DNA from: Thermodesulfobacteriota bacterium
GTDB lineage: Bacteria; Desulfobacterota_D; UBA1144; Nemesobacterales; Mycalebacteriaceae
Assembly: GCA_965205855.1 (NCBI GenBank)
Contig: OZ242184.1
Span: forward strand, 334,853-398,852
Length of the DNA stretch: 64,000 nucleotides
Reading direction: 5' to 3'
Every line of letters starts with the position of its first letter. Positions within the stretch are counted from its first letter, which is position 1. The notes under the pieces are model-generated. The model had not been told where the DNA came from. It did no database searches and saw only the letters and a program-made list of their open reading frames with translations. Positions 17,555 to 26,698 of this stretch are shown one piece after another. Made by a program: the position numbers and the translations under genes.

Positions 17555-20017
17555 GTGTCCGATAAGAAAACATCACTGATGGCGGCTTTTGCGCTTTGCT
17601 TTGTCTTGCTATCTTGTAGCCAAGGTGGAAGTTCTCCCCAGCCTGTTTCTCCTCCTCCCGTTGTTTCTCCTCCTGTTTCTCCCCCTCCCGGTCAATCCAC
17701 CACCGTTGTTCCCCAGCCTCCTCCCACTGTTCCCGGTCCGACTAATCCGGACCCAGAACCTCAACTGCCTTCACTGGTGGAATCTCCGCCTCAAGGGTTA
17801 ACAGACGGGGAAATTGATGATTTTTATCACGACACATATCTGGGACTCTCCGGGTCGGCAGTAGAACTTCGTATTGTTAACCTGCCCGGAGCATATCGAA
17901 ACATTTACAAAGCGCGCGGCGAGAGTGAGGCGGCACGTCCGGGCAAAGGGGTTACAATAGGTTTTGTTGACAGCGGTCTTGATACGGAACATCCGTCGTT
18001 CAGGGAGGATGATGGCAAGGCTGTGGAAGTTGAGTATTTTGGCACATCGAAGGATGCGGATATAGGCAACCTAGTCTCCTCCCACGGAACGGCTGTCGCC
18101 AGTATTGCCGCCGGAGCGAGGAGTTGGTGTCTCAACGACGTGACTAACTGTACGCTAAACAATGAAGGAGGGCTTTCCCTCGAAGGTATTGCTCCGGGAG
18201 CCAATATCTTTATGTTTGCGTTTAATGTTGATAGTCCAAATTGGGTTCACAATGCCGGGCGTGCTATTGCGGCGGCTTTTGAAAGAAATGTTGATATATT
18301 GAATTTAAGTTTCAGCGAGGCGGAAGGCATTGTTACCGATGCACGCTTTACAGGGAATACGGATCAGTTTTTAGGGCTGGTGGGCCGGCAAACAGACAGA
18401 GAGGAAAAAACAATTTTTGTATGGTCCGCCGGAAATCTCAATGGAAGTGTATGCACTTCCCCTGCGATTTCGAGCAGTTGCGTAGACGGGCGTATTCGTG
18501 CAACGTCGCCTAATGTTCTAGCCGGGTTGCCTTATCACGTGCCCGAACTGAAACCTTTCTGGGTTGCCGTTGTTTCCACAGACCTGAATCCGGGAGAGAT
18601 TTCCAGTTTTTCCAACAGGTGTGGAGTTGCCAAAGAATGGTGCATAGCGGCTCCGGGAGAAAGGATAGGAGTTGCCGTCACTTCCATGGAAGGAGAGAGA
18701 AGGATCAGCTCAATCGGACTCAGGAACGGCACATCTTTCTCCGCCCCCATAGTCTCCGGCGGACTTGCCTTGATGAAACAGGTTTTCCGGGGTCAGATAA
18801 GCAATGTTGAATTGGTTCAAAGAATGTTTGCCACTGCCAACAAAGACGGAATATACTTTGACACAGAAATATACGGGCAGGGGCTTTTAGACCTCGAAAA
18901 AGCAACCAATCCAGTAGGGACGGCGGGTTTTGCGTCCGTCGGAACGCAGTTTCTGGACGCCGAGGGGACATTGTTTTCCCCTCTTTATGCCGCGCAAATG
19001 GAAACGTCACAAGCGTTTGGAGACGGGCTTGAAAAATTTCTTGCGCAACAGGAAGTCGCGGCTTTTGACAGTCTCGGAGCCCCGTTCTGGTATCCGCTTG
19101 AGAAGTTTTTCAGCAGAGAGGAAGTCCCGTTTCTTCAAAGGCAACTAAGCGATTTTATTGATTTTACGGCATCAGGTAAATCAAGAGCCGGCCCCCCACT
19201 CCCGCGGGGTTCAAGGGTGTCCGCGCCGCTTTTCCGGGGCAAAGTCGCAAAGGGTCTGGAAGAGGAGCAAATGCCTGAGATTTACATTTCAACGACGCGG
19301 AGCGGGATTGAAGACCCGAACCGTCTTGGTAAATCGGGACATCTGTCTTTTATTGACAACCCTCTGTTTGCAGGGGTGGATTCCGGCAACTTTGACGTTT
19401 TCGCTTTCACTTCCGGGGAAAGGGTGGAAAGGCACGGTCGCGGAGTGGTCGCTTCATTCCGTCTGCCAAACCTGCCTCTGGGTTTTCGCTCCGGCTACAT
19501 CTCGGAGTCAAGGTCTGCGCTTGGGGCAACTGCGGAAGGCTTGTTTGGCGGATTTTCTGCGCAAACCGTTTTCGCAAGCATCGGCTGGGAATACGGATTT
19601 GGCGGCTGGCGGCTTGTCGCTGAAGCGGAGGCGGGAGCCGTTTATCCCGAAGCGGAAACGGGATTTGTCGGTGGCTTGTCGCAGCTTTCGACAAGTTCAT
19701 TCTCCGCCGGGTTGATACGTGAATTTCCCGACGGCTTGACCATGAAGTTTTCAGTTTCTTCGCCGCTCAGGGTTGAAAGTGGACACATGGAGTTTGTAAT
19801 TCCCGTTGGAAGAACGCTGAAAGGGGAGATACTGAGAGACAAGGCAACCGCGAACCTTGAACCGTCCGGAAGGCAGGTGGACATCGGGGCGCAAGTGGTG
19901 GTGCAAACCTTGCTTGGAAGGGTGAGTTTGGGTGGAGTGGTAAGCCATGAACCCGGACACGATAAGGACGCGGAAGTTTCCCTATCTTTTCTGGCCGGTT
20001 ACAGCGCGAATTTTTAA
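17555..20017 (+). CDS. subtilisin-like (S8) serine protease autotransporter/lipoprotein with Pro-rich linker
   Basis: GTG start. Lipobox LLSC. PS-rich linker. Catalytic triad motifs GFVDSGLD, SHGTAVAS and GTSFSAPIVSG. C-terminal amphipathic beta-strands ending in ...YSANF (terminal Phe). Confidence 0.7.
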   Translation: MSDKKTSLMAAFALCFVLLSCSQGGSSPQPVSPPPVVSPPVSPPPGQSTTVVPQPPPTVPGPTNPDPEPQLPSLVESPPQGLTDGEIDDFYHDTYLGLSGSAVELRIVNLPGAYRNIYKARGESEAARPGKGVTIGFVDSGLDTEHPSFREDDGKAVEVEYFGTSKDADIGNLVSSHGTAVASIAAGARSWCLNDVTNCTLNNEGGLSLEGIAPGANIFMFAFNVDSPNWVHNAGRAIAAAFERNVDILNLSFSEAEGIVTDARFTGNTDQFLGLVGRQTDREEKTIFVWSAGNLNGSVCTSPAISSSCVDGRIRATSPNVLAGLPYHVPELKPFWVAVVSTDLNPGEISSFSNRCGVAKEWCIAAPGERIGVAVTSMEGERRISSIGLRNGTSFSAPIVSGGLALMKQVFRGQISNVELVQRMFATANKDGIYFDTEIYGQGLLDLEKATNPVGTAGFASVGTQFLDAEGTLFSPLYAAQMETSQAFGDGLEKFLAQQEVAAFDSLGAPFWYPLEKFFSREEVPFLQRQLSDFIDFTASGKSRAGPPLPRGSRVSAPLFRGKVAKGLEEEQMPEIYISTTRSGIEDPNRLGKSGHLSFIDNPLFAGVDSGNFDVFAFTSGERVERHGRGVVASFRLPNLPLGFRSGYISESRSALGATAEGLFGGFSAQTVFASIGWEYGFGGWRLVAEAEAGAVYPEAETGFVGGLSQLSTSSFSAGLIREFPDGLTMKFSVSSPLRVESGHMEFVIPVGRTLKGEILRDKATANLEPSGRQVDIGAQVVVQTLLGRVSLGGVVSHEPGHDKDAEVSLSFLAGYSANF

Positions 20018-20057
20018 GCCATCCGCACAACTCCGTGCAAAGCAGAGTGTGGAAACG

Positions 20058-21260
20058 CTACCGTCGTTGCGCTTTGAGCCGTAGCGCGTTGAGTTTAATA
20101 AACCCGCCAGCGTCCGCCTGATTGTAGAGGTCATCTTTCTCAAAAGTCGCAAGTGCGGGATTGTAAAGGGATTTTCCCGCTTTTCTTCCTACAACCGAAA
20201 CCACGCCTTTGTAAAGTTTCATCCGAGCCGTGCCGGTTACATTTTTCTGAGATTCTTCAACAGTTTTCATAAGCGTTTCCATCTCCGGCGAATACCAGAA
20301 ACCGTAGTAGATTATCTCGGAGATTTTGGTCATGAGGAAATCCTTGAGCCTCATGACCTCACGGTCAACCGTTATGGATTCCACCGCCCTGTGCGCCGGA
20401 TGAAGAACCGTTCCCGCGGGAGTCTCGTAAACGCCGCGCGATTTCATCCCGACAAAACGGTTTTCAACAATATCGGCGCGGCCGATTCCGTGCCCGCCCG
20501 CGATTTTGTTCAACCGGAGTATCAGATTCGCAGGCGACAGTTTTTTGCCGTTCACGCTCACGGGCGCGCCTTTTACGAAACCTATCTCAACGTATTCGGG
20601 TTTGTCCGGTGCCTTTTCGGGCGAAACCGTCATCTCAAACATCGCCTCGTCCGGTTCGTTCCACGGGTCTTCAAGAACGCCGCCTTCATAACTTGTGTGA
20701 AACAGATTTCTGTCGCAACTGTAAGGTTTTTTCGGTGTTACGGGGATTTTAATTCCGTGTTTGCGGGCAAAACCCAACAGGTCTGTGCGGGACTTCAAAT
20801 CCCATTCGCGCCACGGGGAAATGATTTGCAACTTCGGAGTGAATGCATGATAAACAAGTTCAAAGCGCACTTGATCGTTTCCCTTTCCGGTCGCCCCGTG
20901 CGAGAGGGCGAACGCTTTTTCTTTCAGGGCAACCTCCGCCTGAGCGCGGGCAATCAGCGGACGGGCGAGAGAAGTTCCGAGTAGATACGAGCCCTCGTAA
21001 ATCGCTCCCGCCTTTATTGCCGGAAAAACAAAGTCGCGCGCAAATTCCTCTTTGAGGTTTGCGACGCAGACCTTTTGAGCTCCCGTTTCGAGCGCTTTTT
21101 TGCGCGCCGCCGCTATGTCTTCATCCTGACCTACATCCGCGATAAACGCTATCACTTCGGCGTCGTATTCGGCCGTAAGCCATTTGAGTATGATGGAGGT
21201 ATCAAGCCCGCCGGAATAAGCAAGAACAATTTTTTTCCGTGATTTTTTCGATTTTTTCAT
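20058..21260 (-). CDS. argG: argininosuccinate synthase
   Basis: AYSGGLDTS PP-loop and overall ArgG architecture. Confidence 0.9.
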   Translation of the reverse strand: MKKSKKSRKKIVLAYSGGLDTSIILKWLTAEYDAEVIAFIADVGQDEDIAAARKKALETGAQKVCVANLKEEFARDFVFPAIKAGAIYEGSYLLGTSLARPLIARAQAEVALKEKAFALSHGATGKGNDQVRFELVYHAFTPKLQIISPWREWDLKSRTDLLGFARKHGIKIPVTPKKPYSCDRNLFHTSYEGGVLEDPWNEPDEAMFEMTVSPEKAPDKPEYVEIGFVKGAPVSVNGKKLSPANLILRLNKIAGGHGIGRADIVENRFVGMKSRGVYETPAGTVLHPAHRAVESITVDREVMRLKDFLMTKISEIIYYGFWYSPEMETLMKTVEESQKNVTGTARMKLYKGVVSVVGRKAGKSLYNPALATFEKDDLYNQADAGGFIKLNALRLKAQRR

Positions 21261-21266
21261 TGGCTC

Positions 21267-21683
21267 TCAGGAGGTTCCGGTTTGTCCCCGGAGGTCGAGA
21301 AGATAGAACTTTGCGCCGCTGTTTTCGTAGAATTTTTCAAGTGACATTCCCACATACTCTATCCTCTGCAACTCATTGCCTTCATAACGGGCTTTTTTAA
21401 CCTCATCCGATATTGTCGCTTTAACCTCAATCTGTTTGTCCGGAACCTGCTGGCAGATAAAGCCCAGTGTAAGCGCCGTTTCCTTGAAATCCGCGGACAC
21501 TATAAAACCGACCGAAAAAGTCGCGTTGGCAAGCTCAATGACGATAATGATAACGGGAGGGGTTGAGCCAGAAGGGTTTTCCGCCACGAACTTATAGCCG
21601 TAAACCTGAATATCGTTCACAGAACCCATTATTGAATTAAGGTTCCAATAGTCTTCGTTTTCAATCATACAAATTGTGAGCAT
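21267..21683 (-). CDS. hypothetical protein (138 aa)
   Basis: ORF with good coding appearance and tight spacing with argG; no recognisable motif. Confidence 0.35.
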   Translation of the reverse strand: MLTICMIENEDYWNLNSIMGSVNDIQVYGYKFVAENPSGSTPPVIIIVIELANATFSVGFIVSADFKETALTLGFICQQVPDKQIEVKATISDEVKKARYEGNELQRIEYVGMSLEKFYENSGAKFYLLDLRGQTGTS

Positions 21684-21762
21684 TATAATTTTCTCCCGCG
21701 GCTTTGCCGCCCCATCACAGGGTGTTTACACTACCAGAAAGCAGTCTCTTTTTGAAGCTGCA

Positions 21763-22707
21763 CTATTTCCGCAGGAAAGCGACCGCGGTTGCCATGTCTT
21801 CGGGAAGCGGAGCCGAAAAAACCGCATCTTCTCCCGAACCGGGGTGAATGAAAGTTATGCGCGCCGCGTGCAGCGCCTGCCTTTTCAGAATTTTTGCCAG
21901 TCCGCCGGAGGAGAGCGCGATTTTCGCGGTTTTTCCGGAGTAAATCGCGTCTGCGGCCACGGGATGACCGGCTTCGGAGAAATGCACCCTTATCTGATGT
22001 GTTCTGCCGGTTTTCGGAGTTATCTTCACAAAAGTCCAGTCTGGAAATTTCTCAACGGTTTCCCACTCCGTTACGGAGTCGCGCGTTTTTACCGCGTTTT
22101 TACCGGACATCTTTTTCCTGTTCGCGGGGCTTCTTCCTATTGCCGTGGAGAAAACGCCCGAGTTTTTCCTTGTCGCCCCGTGGACAAGTGCGAGATATTC
22201 CTTCCGCACCGAGCGCGCGGAGAATTGAGACGCGAGAGAAGCGTGGCAAATATCATTTTTTGCCGCGACTATAACGCCCGATGTGTCTTTGTCCAAACGG
22301 TGAACAATTCCCGGTCTGATGTCTCCCCCAATGGATGAGAGGCGGGCGCATCTGTGCGCGAGCGCATTTGCGAGAGTACCGTTTTTTCTCCCGGCTCCGG
22401 GATGAACCACCATACCCGCGGGTTTGTTCACAACTATCAGGTCTTCGTCCTCAAAGACAACCTCAAGCGGGATGTTTTCGGGCTCGGCGGAATGTTCCGA
22501 TTCAAAGAAACTGAACTCAATCTTTTCGCCTCCCTCCAGTATAGTAGACGGCTTGAACTGTTTTCCGTCCATAAGGATGTTGCCCGATTTGATAAGAGCG
22601 GCTATGCGTGAGCGGCTTTGCGGGGAGATGTCGGAAAGGACGGAGTCCGCTCTCCTTCCGGTGCATTCGCGCGGCACGGTCAGGGTTCTTGTTTCACTCT
22701 CCGGCAC
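21763..22707 (-). CDS. rluD: 23S rRNA pseudouridine synthase (RluA/RluD family)
   Basis: N-terminal S4-like domain and catalytic HRLDKDTSG motif. Confidence 0.85.
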   Translation of the reverse strand: MPESETRTLTVPRECTGRRADSVLSDISPQSRSRIAALIKSGNILMDGKQFKPSTILEGGEKIEFSFFESEHSAEPENIPLEVVFEDEDLIVVNKPAGMVVHPGAGRKNGTLANALAHRCARLSSIGGDIRPGIVHRLDKDTSGVIVAAKNDICHASLASQFSARSVRKEYLALVHGATRKNSGVFSTAIGRSPANRKKMSGKNAVKTRDSVTEWETVEKFPDWTFVKITPKTGRTHQIRVHFSEAGHPVAADAIYSGKTAKIALSSGGLAKILKRQALHAARITFIHPGSGEDAVFSAPLPEDMATAVAFLRK

Positions 22708-23512
22708 TTGGTTTTCCTTTTCTTACGGTGATCTTTGTTCCCTCGCCTCCGAAACGCTCAAACGCACTTCCCCGATTGACCGCTATTTCAATAAATCCCG
22801 AACTTCCCCTGACCGCGACCGCTTTTCCGGGTTTGTGTTCCGAATAACCGCCCGATATGCCGTCTATTGTGAAGCCGGAAATCTCGATTTGAGCCGGATT
22901 TTCCATCCCGTCCGATTCAATGTTTGAGATGAGGTTTCCAAATGAGTCCACATACGCGACAATTCCTTCCGCTGATTTTCCGCTTAAATACACGGGCTTT
23001 TGAATGTTAATTAAAAAGGGGTTCTCAAGAACCGGCCCCAGCATCCGGGGATTTAATCCGAGCGAAATATGAGCGGCCGCCGGAGCAAAGATGTCTCTTC
23101 CGTCAAAAGTGGAACCGACGGGTTTGAGCGTGTATTTGGGGTTTTTTATCTCATAAGCCACAAAACGCGGAAAATCCTTGAAAACATGAGTGAATATACC
23201 GTTGTCGGGACCCACAAAAAAACTTCCGCCCGCACTTACGGCAAGAGGTTTTCTGTCGGTTCCGACTCCGGGGTCAACAACGGCGAGATGGACAGAATGT
23301 TCCGGAAAAAACCCGTATGAGTTTTTTATCACAAACGCCGCGCGAGCAGTGTTGAAAGGTCTCAAATTGTGTGTCAGGTCAACCAGATTGATGTCGGGGT
23401 TAATTGAAAAAATCACGCCCTTCATTACTCCCGGAAAATGGTCGTTAAGGCCGAAATCGGAGCACATTGTTATTATTCCGGACATTGATTGAAAGGAGCG
23501 CGGATTTTGCAC
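22694..23512 (-). CDS. SAM hydroxide adenosyltransferase (DUF62, SAM hydrolase family)
   Basis: ITMCSDFGLNDHFPGVMKGVI N-terminal motif typical of the DUF62/SalL-like family. Confidence 0.7.
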   Translation of the reverse strand: MQNPRSFQSMSGIITMCSDFGLNDHFPGVMKGVIFSINPDINLVDLTHNLRPFNTARAAFVIKNSYGFFPEHSVHLAVVDPGVGTDRKPLAVSAGGSFFVGPDNGIFTHVFKDFPRFVAYEIKNPKYTLKPVGSTFDGRDIFAPAAAHISLGLNPRMLGPVLENPFLINIQKPVYLSGKSAEGIVAYVDSFGNLISNIESDGMENPAQIEISGFTIDGISGGYSEHKPGKAVAVRGSSGFIEIAVNRGSAFERFGGEGTKITVRKGKPSAGE

Positions 23513-23515
23513 CGT

Positions 23516-24136
23516 TTATGAACATGGGGGAGATTCTCTGCTTGCGGAAAAAGACCCTGCCGTTCCCCTGTTGGTTTCGTAGTCTATTGTCTCACACCTT
23601 ATCACTCCGTCTTCGTAAACGGCAAAGTCTTTTTTGCCTGAAACTCCAACACTTATGGGAGATGCCTGCCAGCCGAAACCCGTAACATACAGGCCGCCCG
23701 AGCTCTCGGAGCCGCCGCTGTCAAAATCCGCCCTGATACAGTATCCGGATTTGGGTTTTTCGCATTGTGCAAGGGTTGATGAGCCGGAATCCGCACCTTC
23801 AAACGATTCGTCCACAAGCGCATCAAAGGATTCGCAGGACTCTCCCGAACTTTTGGGACAACGTAGCGAGGGACCGGTTGAAAGGTTCCCTATTTTGTCA
23901 ACATAGTTCTGAATGCCGTCTCCGTTGGTGTCCTGAATTGCAAACTGCAATTCCGCGGAACCCAGTACCTGAAGCATTTTTTTCGCGCTAATCTCATTTG
24001 CCGAGCCTCTTGCGCTCAGAAAATTTGGAACCGCCAAACCAGCAAGAACGCCTATGATGATTAGAACAACAAGGAGCTCGACAAGGGTAAACCCCGAATG
24101 GAGGTTTGCTTTATTATTTTCAAATATCTTTTTCAC
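23516..24136 (-). CDS. type IV pilin-like / pseudopilin protein (prepilin N-methylation motif)
   Basis: G|FTLVELLVVLIIIGVLAGLAVPNF class III signal with Glu+5; C-terminal region Cys-containing. Confidence 0.65.
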   Translation of the reverse strand: MKKIFENNKANLHSGFTLVELLVVLIIIGVLAGLAVPNFLSARGSANEISAKKMLQVLGSAELQFAIQDTNGDGIQNYVDKIGNLSTGPSLRCPKSSGESCESFDALVDESFEGADSGSSTLAQCEKPKSGYCIRADFDSGGSESSGGLYVTGFGWQASPISVGVSGKKDFAVYEDGVIRCETIDYETNRGTAGSFSASRESPPCS

Positions 24137-24182
24137 TCCAGCTCACAGAGATACTACAACATAATAAAATGCGCGGCAATTT

Positions 24183-24971
24183 TCAGGACGCGTCTCCCGA
24201 AACAATTTTTACAAGAGAACCGTCGGCGGTTTCAATGTGAAGAAATCCGTTTTCGTCCACTTTTCTCGCTATTCCCTCAATTTCCGTTCCGTTGTTGTCT
24301 ATTTTCATGCTCCGGTTCAGGTTTCCCCACTCCACCGCCCACCGGGCAACCGTCCATTTCGGGCCCTTTGAGTTGAAATCGCCCTGCTGCCTGAAAAGAT
24401 TTGCGATAAGCACGGAGGAAATATCCGCCCTGTCAACTCTGTGTCCGAGGACATCGGACACGGAAGTTACGCTCCCGGAAAAATCTTCCATGAGTTTTTG
24501 AATTTCACTTCGGGATATGTTGATGTTAACCCCGATTCCTATAACCACGAAATCGCAGAATTCTCTGCCGGGCTCGGATTCGGAGAGAACACCTGCGATT
24601 TTTTTCCCGTCTACCAGTATGTCGTTTGGCCATTTGATTTCCGGTTTGACGCCAAAAGTTTTGAAAGTTTCGCAAAGCGCAAGCGATGCCATTAAAGTTG
24701 AAGCCGGGCAAAGGGAAACCGGCACCCGCGGACGGAAAAGAATTGACATAAAAAGATTACCGCCGCGCGGAGAGATCCAGCGCCTTCCCAGTCTTCCGCG
24801 TCCGTGGGTCTGGATGTCCGCCATGACGATTGTCCCGTCGCGTGCACCGTTTCGTCCCATATCGTACAAAGCCGTGTTTGTGGAAACCGTTTCATCAAAG
24901 AAATGAACGTCTCCCTTGTAGGACGACACAGCCGAATCGATTTTTAATTTTTCGCTTTTTGAAAATCCCAT
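24183..24971 (-). CDS. birA: biotin--protein ligase (BirA, catalytic domain plus C-terminal domain; no N-terminal HTH)
   Basis: GRGRLGRRWISPRGGNLFMS biotin-binding loop. Confidence 0.8.
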   Translation of the reverse strand: MGFSKSEKLKIDSAVSSYKGDVHFFDETVSTNTALYDMGRNGARDGTIVMADIQTHGRGRLGRRWISPRGGNLFMSILFRPRVPVSLCPASTLMASLALCETFKTFGVKPEIKWPNDILVDGKKIAGVLSESEPGREFCDFVVIGIGVNINISRSEIQKLMEDFSGSVTSVSDVLGHRVDRADISSVLIANLFRQQGDFNSKGPKWTVARWAVEWGNLNRSMKIDNNGTEIEGIARKVDENGFLHIETADGSLVKIVSGDAS

Positions 24972-25038
24972 TTCAAATTTCCGTTACGACGGGAAGTATG
25001 CTTTAAAAAGCGTGCCGAACGCAAGCGGATTAAGCAGA

Positions 25039-25066
25039 TTGACAAAGCACCGCTTTACTCTATAAT
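25039..25066 (+). promoter_or_regulatory. consensus sigma70 promoter TTGACA-N16-TATAAT driving the tRNA
   Basis: Perfect -35 (25039-25044) and -10 (25061-25066) hexamers about 30 nt upstream of the tRNA 5' end. Confidence 0.6.
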
Positions 25067-25094
25067 ACGGTGCTGACTACCGGAGGCTCGGCTC

Positions 25095-25168
25095 GGGCCC
25101 ATAGCTCAGTTGGTCAGAGCAGCGGACTCATAATCCGTTGGTCCCAGGTTCGAGTCCTGGTGGGCCCA
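25095..25168 (+). tRNA. tRNA with CAU anticodon (elongator Met, or Ile2/lysidine type)
   Basis: 74-nt cloverleaf: 7-bp acceptor GGGCCCA/TGGGCCC, D-arm GCTCAGTTGGTCAGAGC, anticodon loop CTCATAA, T-arm CCAGGTTCGAGTCCTGG, discriminator A. The 1:72 pair is G:C, so it is not an initiator. Close resemblance to E. coli ileX as well as metT. Confidence 0.85.
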
Positions 25169-25188
25169 AACTTGATGGAAATAACCTG

Positions 25189-25920
25189 ATGCAGGAAACT
25201 GAAAGCGTAGAAAACAGCGTCCAAAAGCAAATAGACACTCTCAAAGAACTTCAGTCGGTTGATATAGAACTTAGGGAAATAGAAAGGGGTTTACAGAAAT
25301 ATCCCGGAGAAGTTTCTGTTTTCAAAGATGAAATTCAGACCGTTAAGGAGTCTCTTACGGAAAGGAAACTCCGGATAGAGGAATCCGACAAGTCAAAATC
25401 TCTTCTGGAGAGAAAACTGTCCGAAAAGAAAGACTACGTTGAGAAAACCGAAGAGCGTCTTCTCAGGATAAAAACCCACAAAGAATACGAAGCTTTGCAA
25501 AAAGAACTGACCGATGCGAAAAGGGACTGCATTGAGATTGAAGACAACATTCTGAAAGTGATGGAAGGGTTTGAGAAATTGAATTCGGAGTCCGAGGAAC
25601 TGGCCAATTCTCTAAAGGAAAAAGAAGAAAAATACGGGCCAAAAATCAGCGAGTTTGAGAATATTATCAAAGAGCTTGAGATCAAACATGCCCCGCGCCG
25701 CAAGGAAAAAGACTCAATCGCCGGGCTACTCAACCCCGAAGTGCTCCCTCTCTACACGAAAATATCAGCAAGAACTCCTATTTTCCTTTCCCTAGCGCGC
25801 GCGGAGATGTGCACAAACTGCAATATGAATATCCCACCCCAGATGTTCAACGAAGTTCTGACCAAAACCAAGATAATCCAGTGTCCGAGTTGTAACAGAA
25901 TTCTGTATTGTGAAGACTGA
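25189..25920 (+). CDS. zinc-ribbon / coiled-coil protein (DUF164, COG1579 family)
   Basis: Long coiled coil followed by CTNCNMNIP...CPSCNRILY zinc ribbon. Start moved to MQETE to avoid overlap with the tRNA. Confidence 0.55.
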   Translation: MQETESVENSVQKQIDTLKELQSVDIELREIERGLQKYPGEVSVFKDEIQTVKESLTERKLRIEESDKSKSLLERKLSEKKDYVEKTEERLLRIKTHKEYEALQKELTDAKRDCIEIEDNILKVMEGFEKLNSESEELANSLKEKEEKYGPKISEFENIIKELEIKHAPRRKEKDSIAGLLNPEVLPLYTKISARTPIFLSLARAEMCTNCNMNIPPQMFNEVLTKTKIIQCPSCNRILYCED

Positions 25921-26329
25921 AAACGAGAGTTTTGCCGTTGCCCACATAGACGGAGCTTCGAAGGGCAATCCAGGAAAGTCCTCCATAGGTGTTGTAATCA
26001 CAAGCGCTGAGGGCAGGACAATTACAAGAATCAAGAAATTTATCGGAACTGCGACAAACAACCAGGCAGAATACAGAGCGTTCATAACCGCATTGCAAGC
26101 CGCAGCCAAATTTGGCTTGACCCGTCTGCATGTCAATACCGATTCGCTTCTGCTTGCGAATCAAATAAACGGCAAGTGGAAGGTCAGGCATCCCGAAATC
26201 CTCTCGCTTTTCAAAGAGGCGAAAGAAGCCAAGAAACTCCTTGAAGAGGTTTCTGTTTCCCATATTGGCAGAGAGCAAAACACCATCGCCGACGGTCTTG
26301 CAAACGAAGCCATAATGAACTACGCTTGA
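25910..26329 (+). CDS. rnhA: ribonuclease HI (archaeal-like type 1 RNase H)
   Basis: Catalytic DEDD context HIDGASKGNPG, NQAEYRAF, TDSLLLANQ, ADGLANEA. Confidence 0.75.
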   Translation: MKTENESFAVAHIDGASKGNPGKSSIGVVITSAEGRTITRIKKFIGTATNNQAEYRAFITALQAAAKFGLTRLHVNTDSLLLANQINGKWKVRHPEILSLFKEAKEAKKLLEEVSVSHIGREQNTIADGLANEAIMNYA

Positions 26330-26334
26330 ATTTT

Positions 26335-26698
26335 GCGAGTCGGTCGGGCAGTCGCCCGGGTTTTATAAACCCGGGAGGAAAGTCCGGGCTTCTCAGGACA
26401 AAGCGCCGGCTAACAGCCGGGTGCCGCGAGGCAACGGAAAGTGCCGCAGAAAACAGACCGCCGGTCCTTATTGGACGGGTAAGGGTGAAAAGGTGGTGTA
26501 AGAGACCACCGCGGAAAACGGTAACGATTTCCGGCATGGTAAACCCCGCTTGAAGCAAGACAAATATGGAAACACTGCGCGTTTTGCGCGGGAGGTTGTC
26601 CGTCTCCATGTTTCCGGGTTGTTGCTACAGGCGACCGGTAACGGGCGTCGCAGATGAATGGCTGCCCTTGACAGAACCCGGCTTACAGACCGACTCGC
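26335..26698 (+). ncRNA. rnpB: RNase P RNA, bacterial type A
   Basis: P4 hallmark AGGAAAGTCCGGGCT with its 3' partner ACAGAACCCGGCTTA, GGGTAAGGGTGAAAAGGTGGTGTAAGAGACCACC (P10-P12 region), and P1 pairing GCGAGTCGG/CCGACTCGC. About 364 nt. The ORF-track entries over this span are spurious. Confidence 0.85.

Noticed and set aside
19158-19715. 185-aa + strand ORF in an alternative frame within the subtilase gene
   Set aside because: Out-of-frame overlap with a strongly supported CDS; composition typical of a shadow ORF.
20391-20984. 197-aa ORF antisense to argG
   Set aside because: Shadow ORF of a highly conserved gene.
25095-25168. Initiator tRNA-fMet assignment for the CAU tRNA
   Set aside because: The 1:72 position is a G:C pair and the anticodon stem lacks the three consecutive G-C pairs of initiators. 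Elongator Met or Ile2-lysidine type is more likely.
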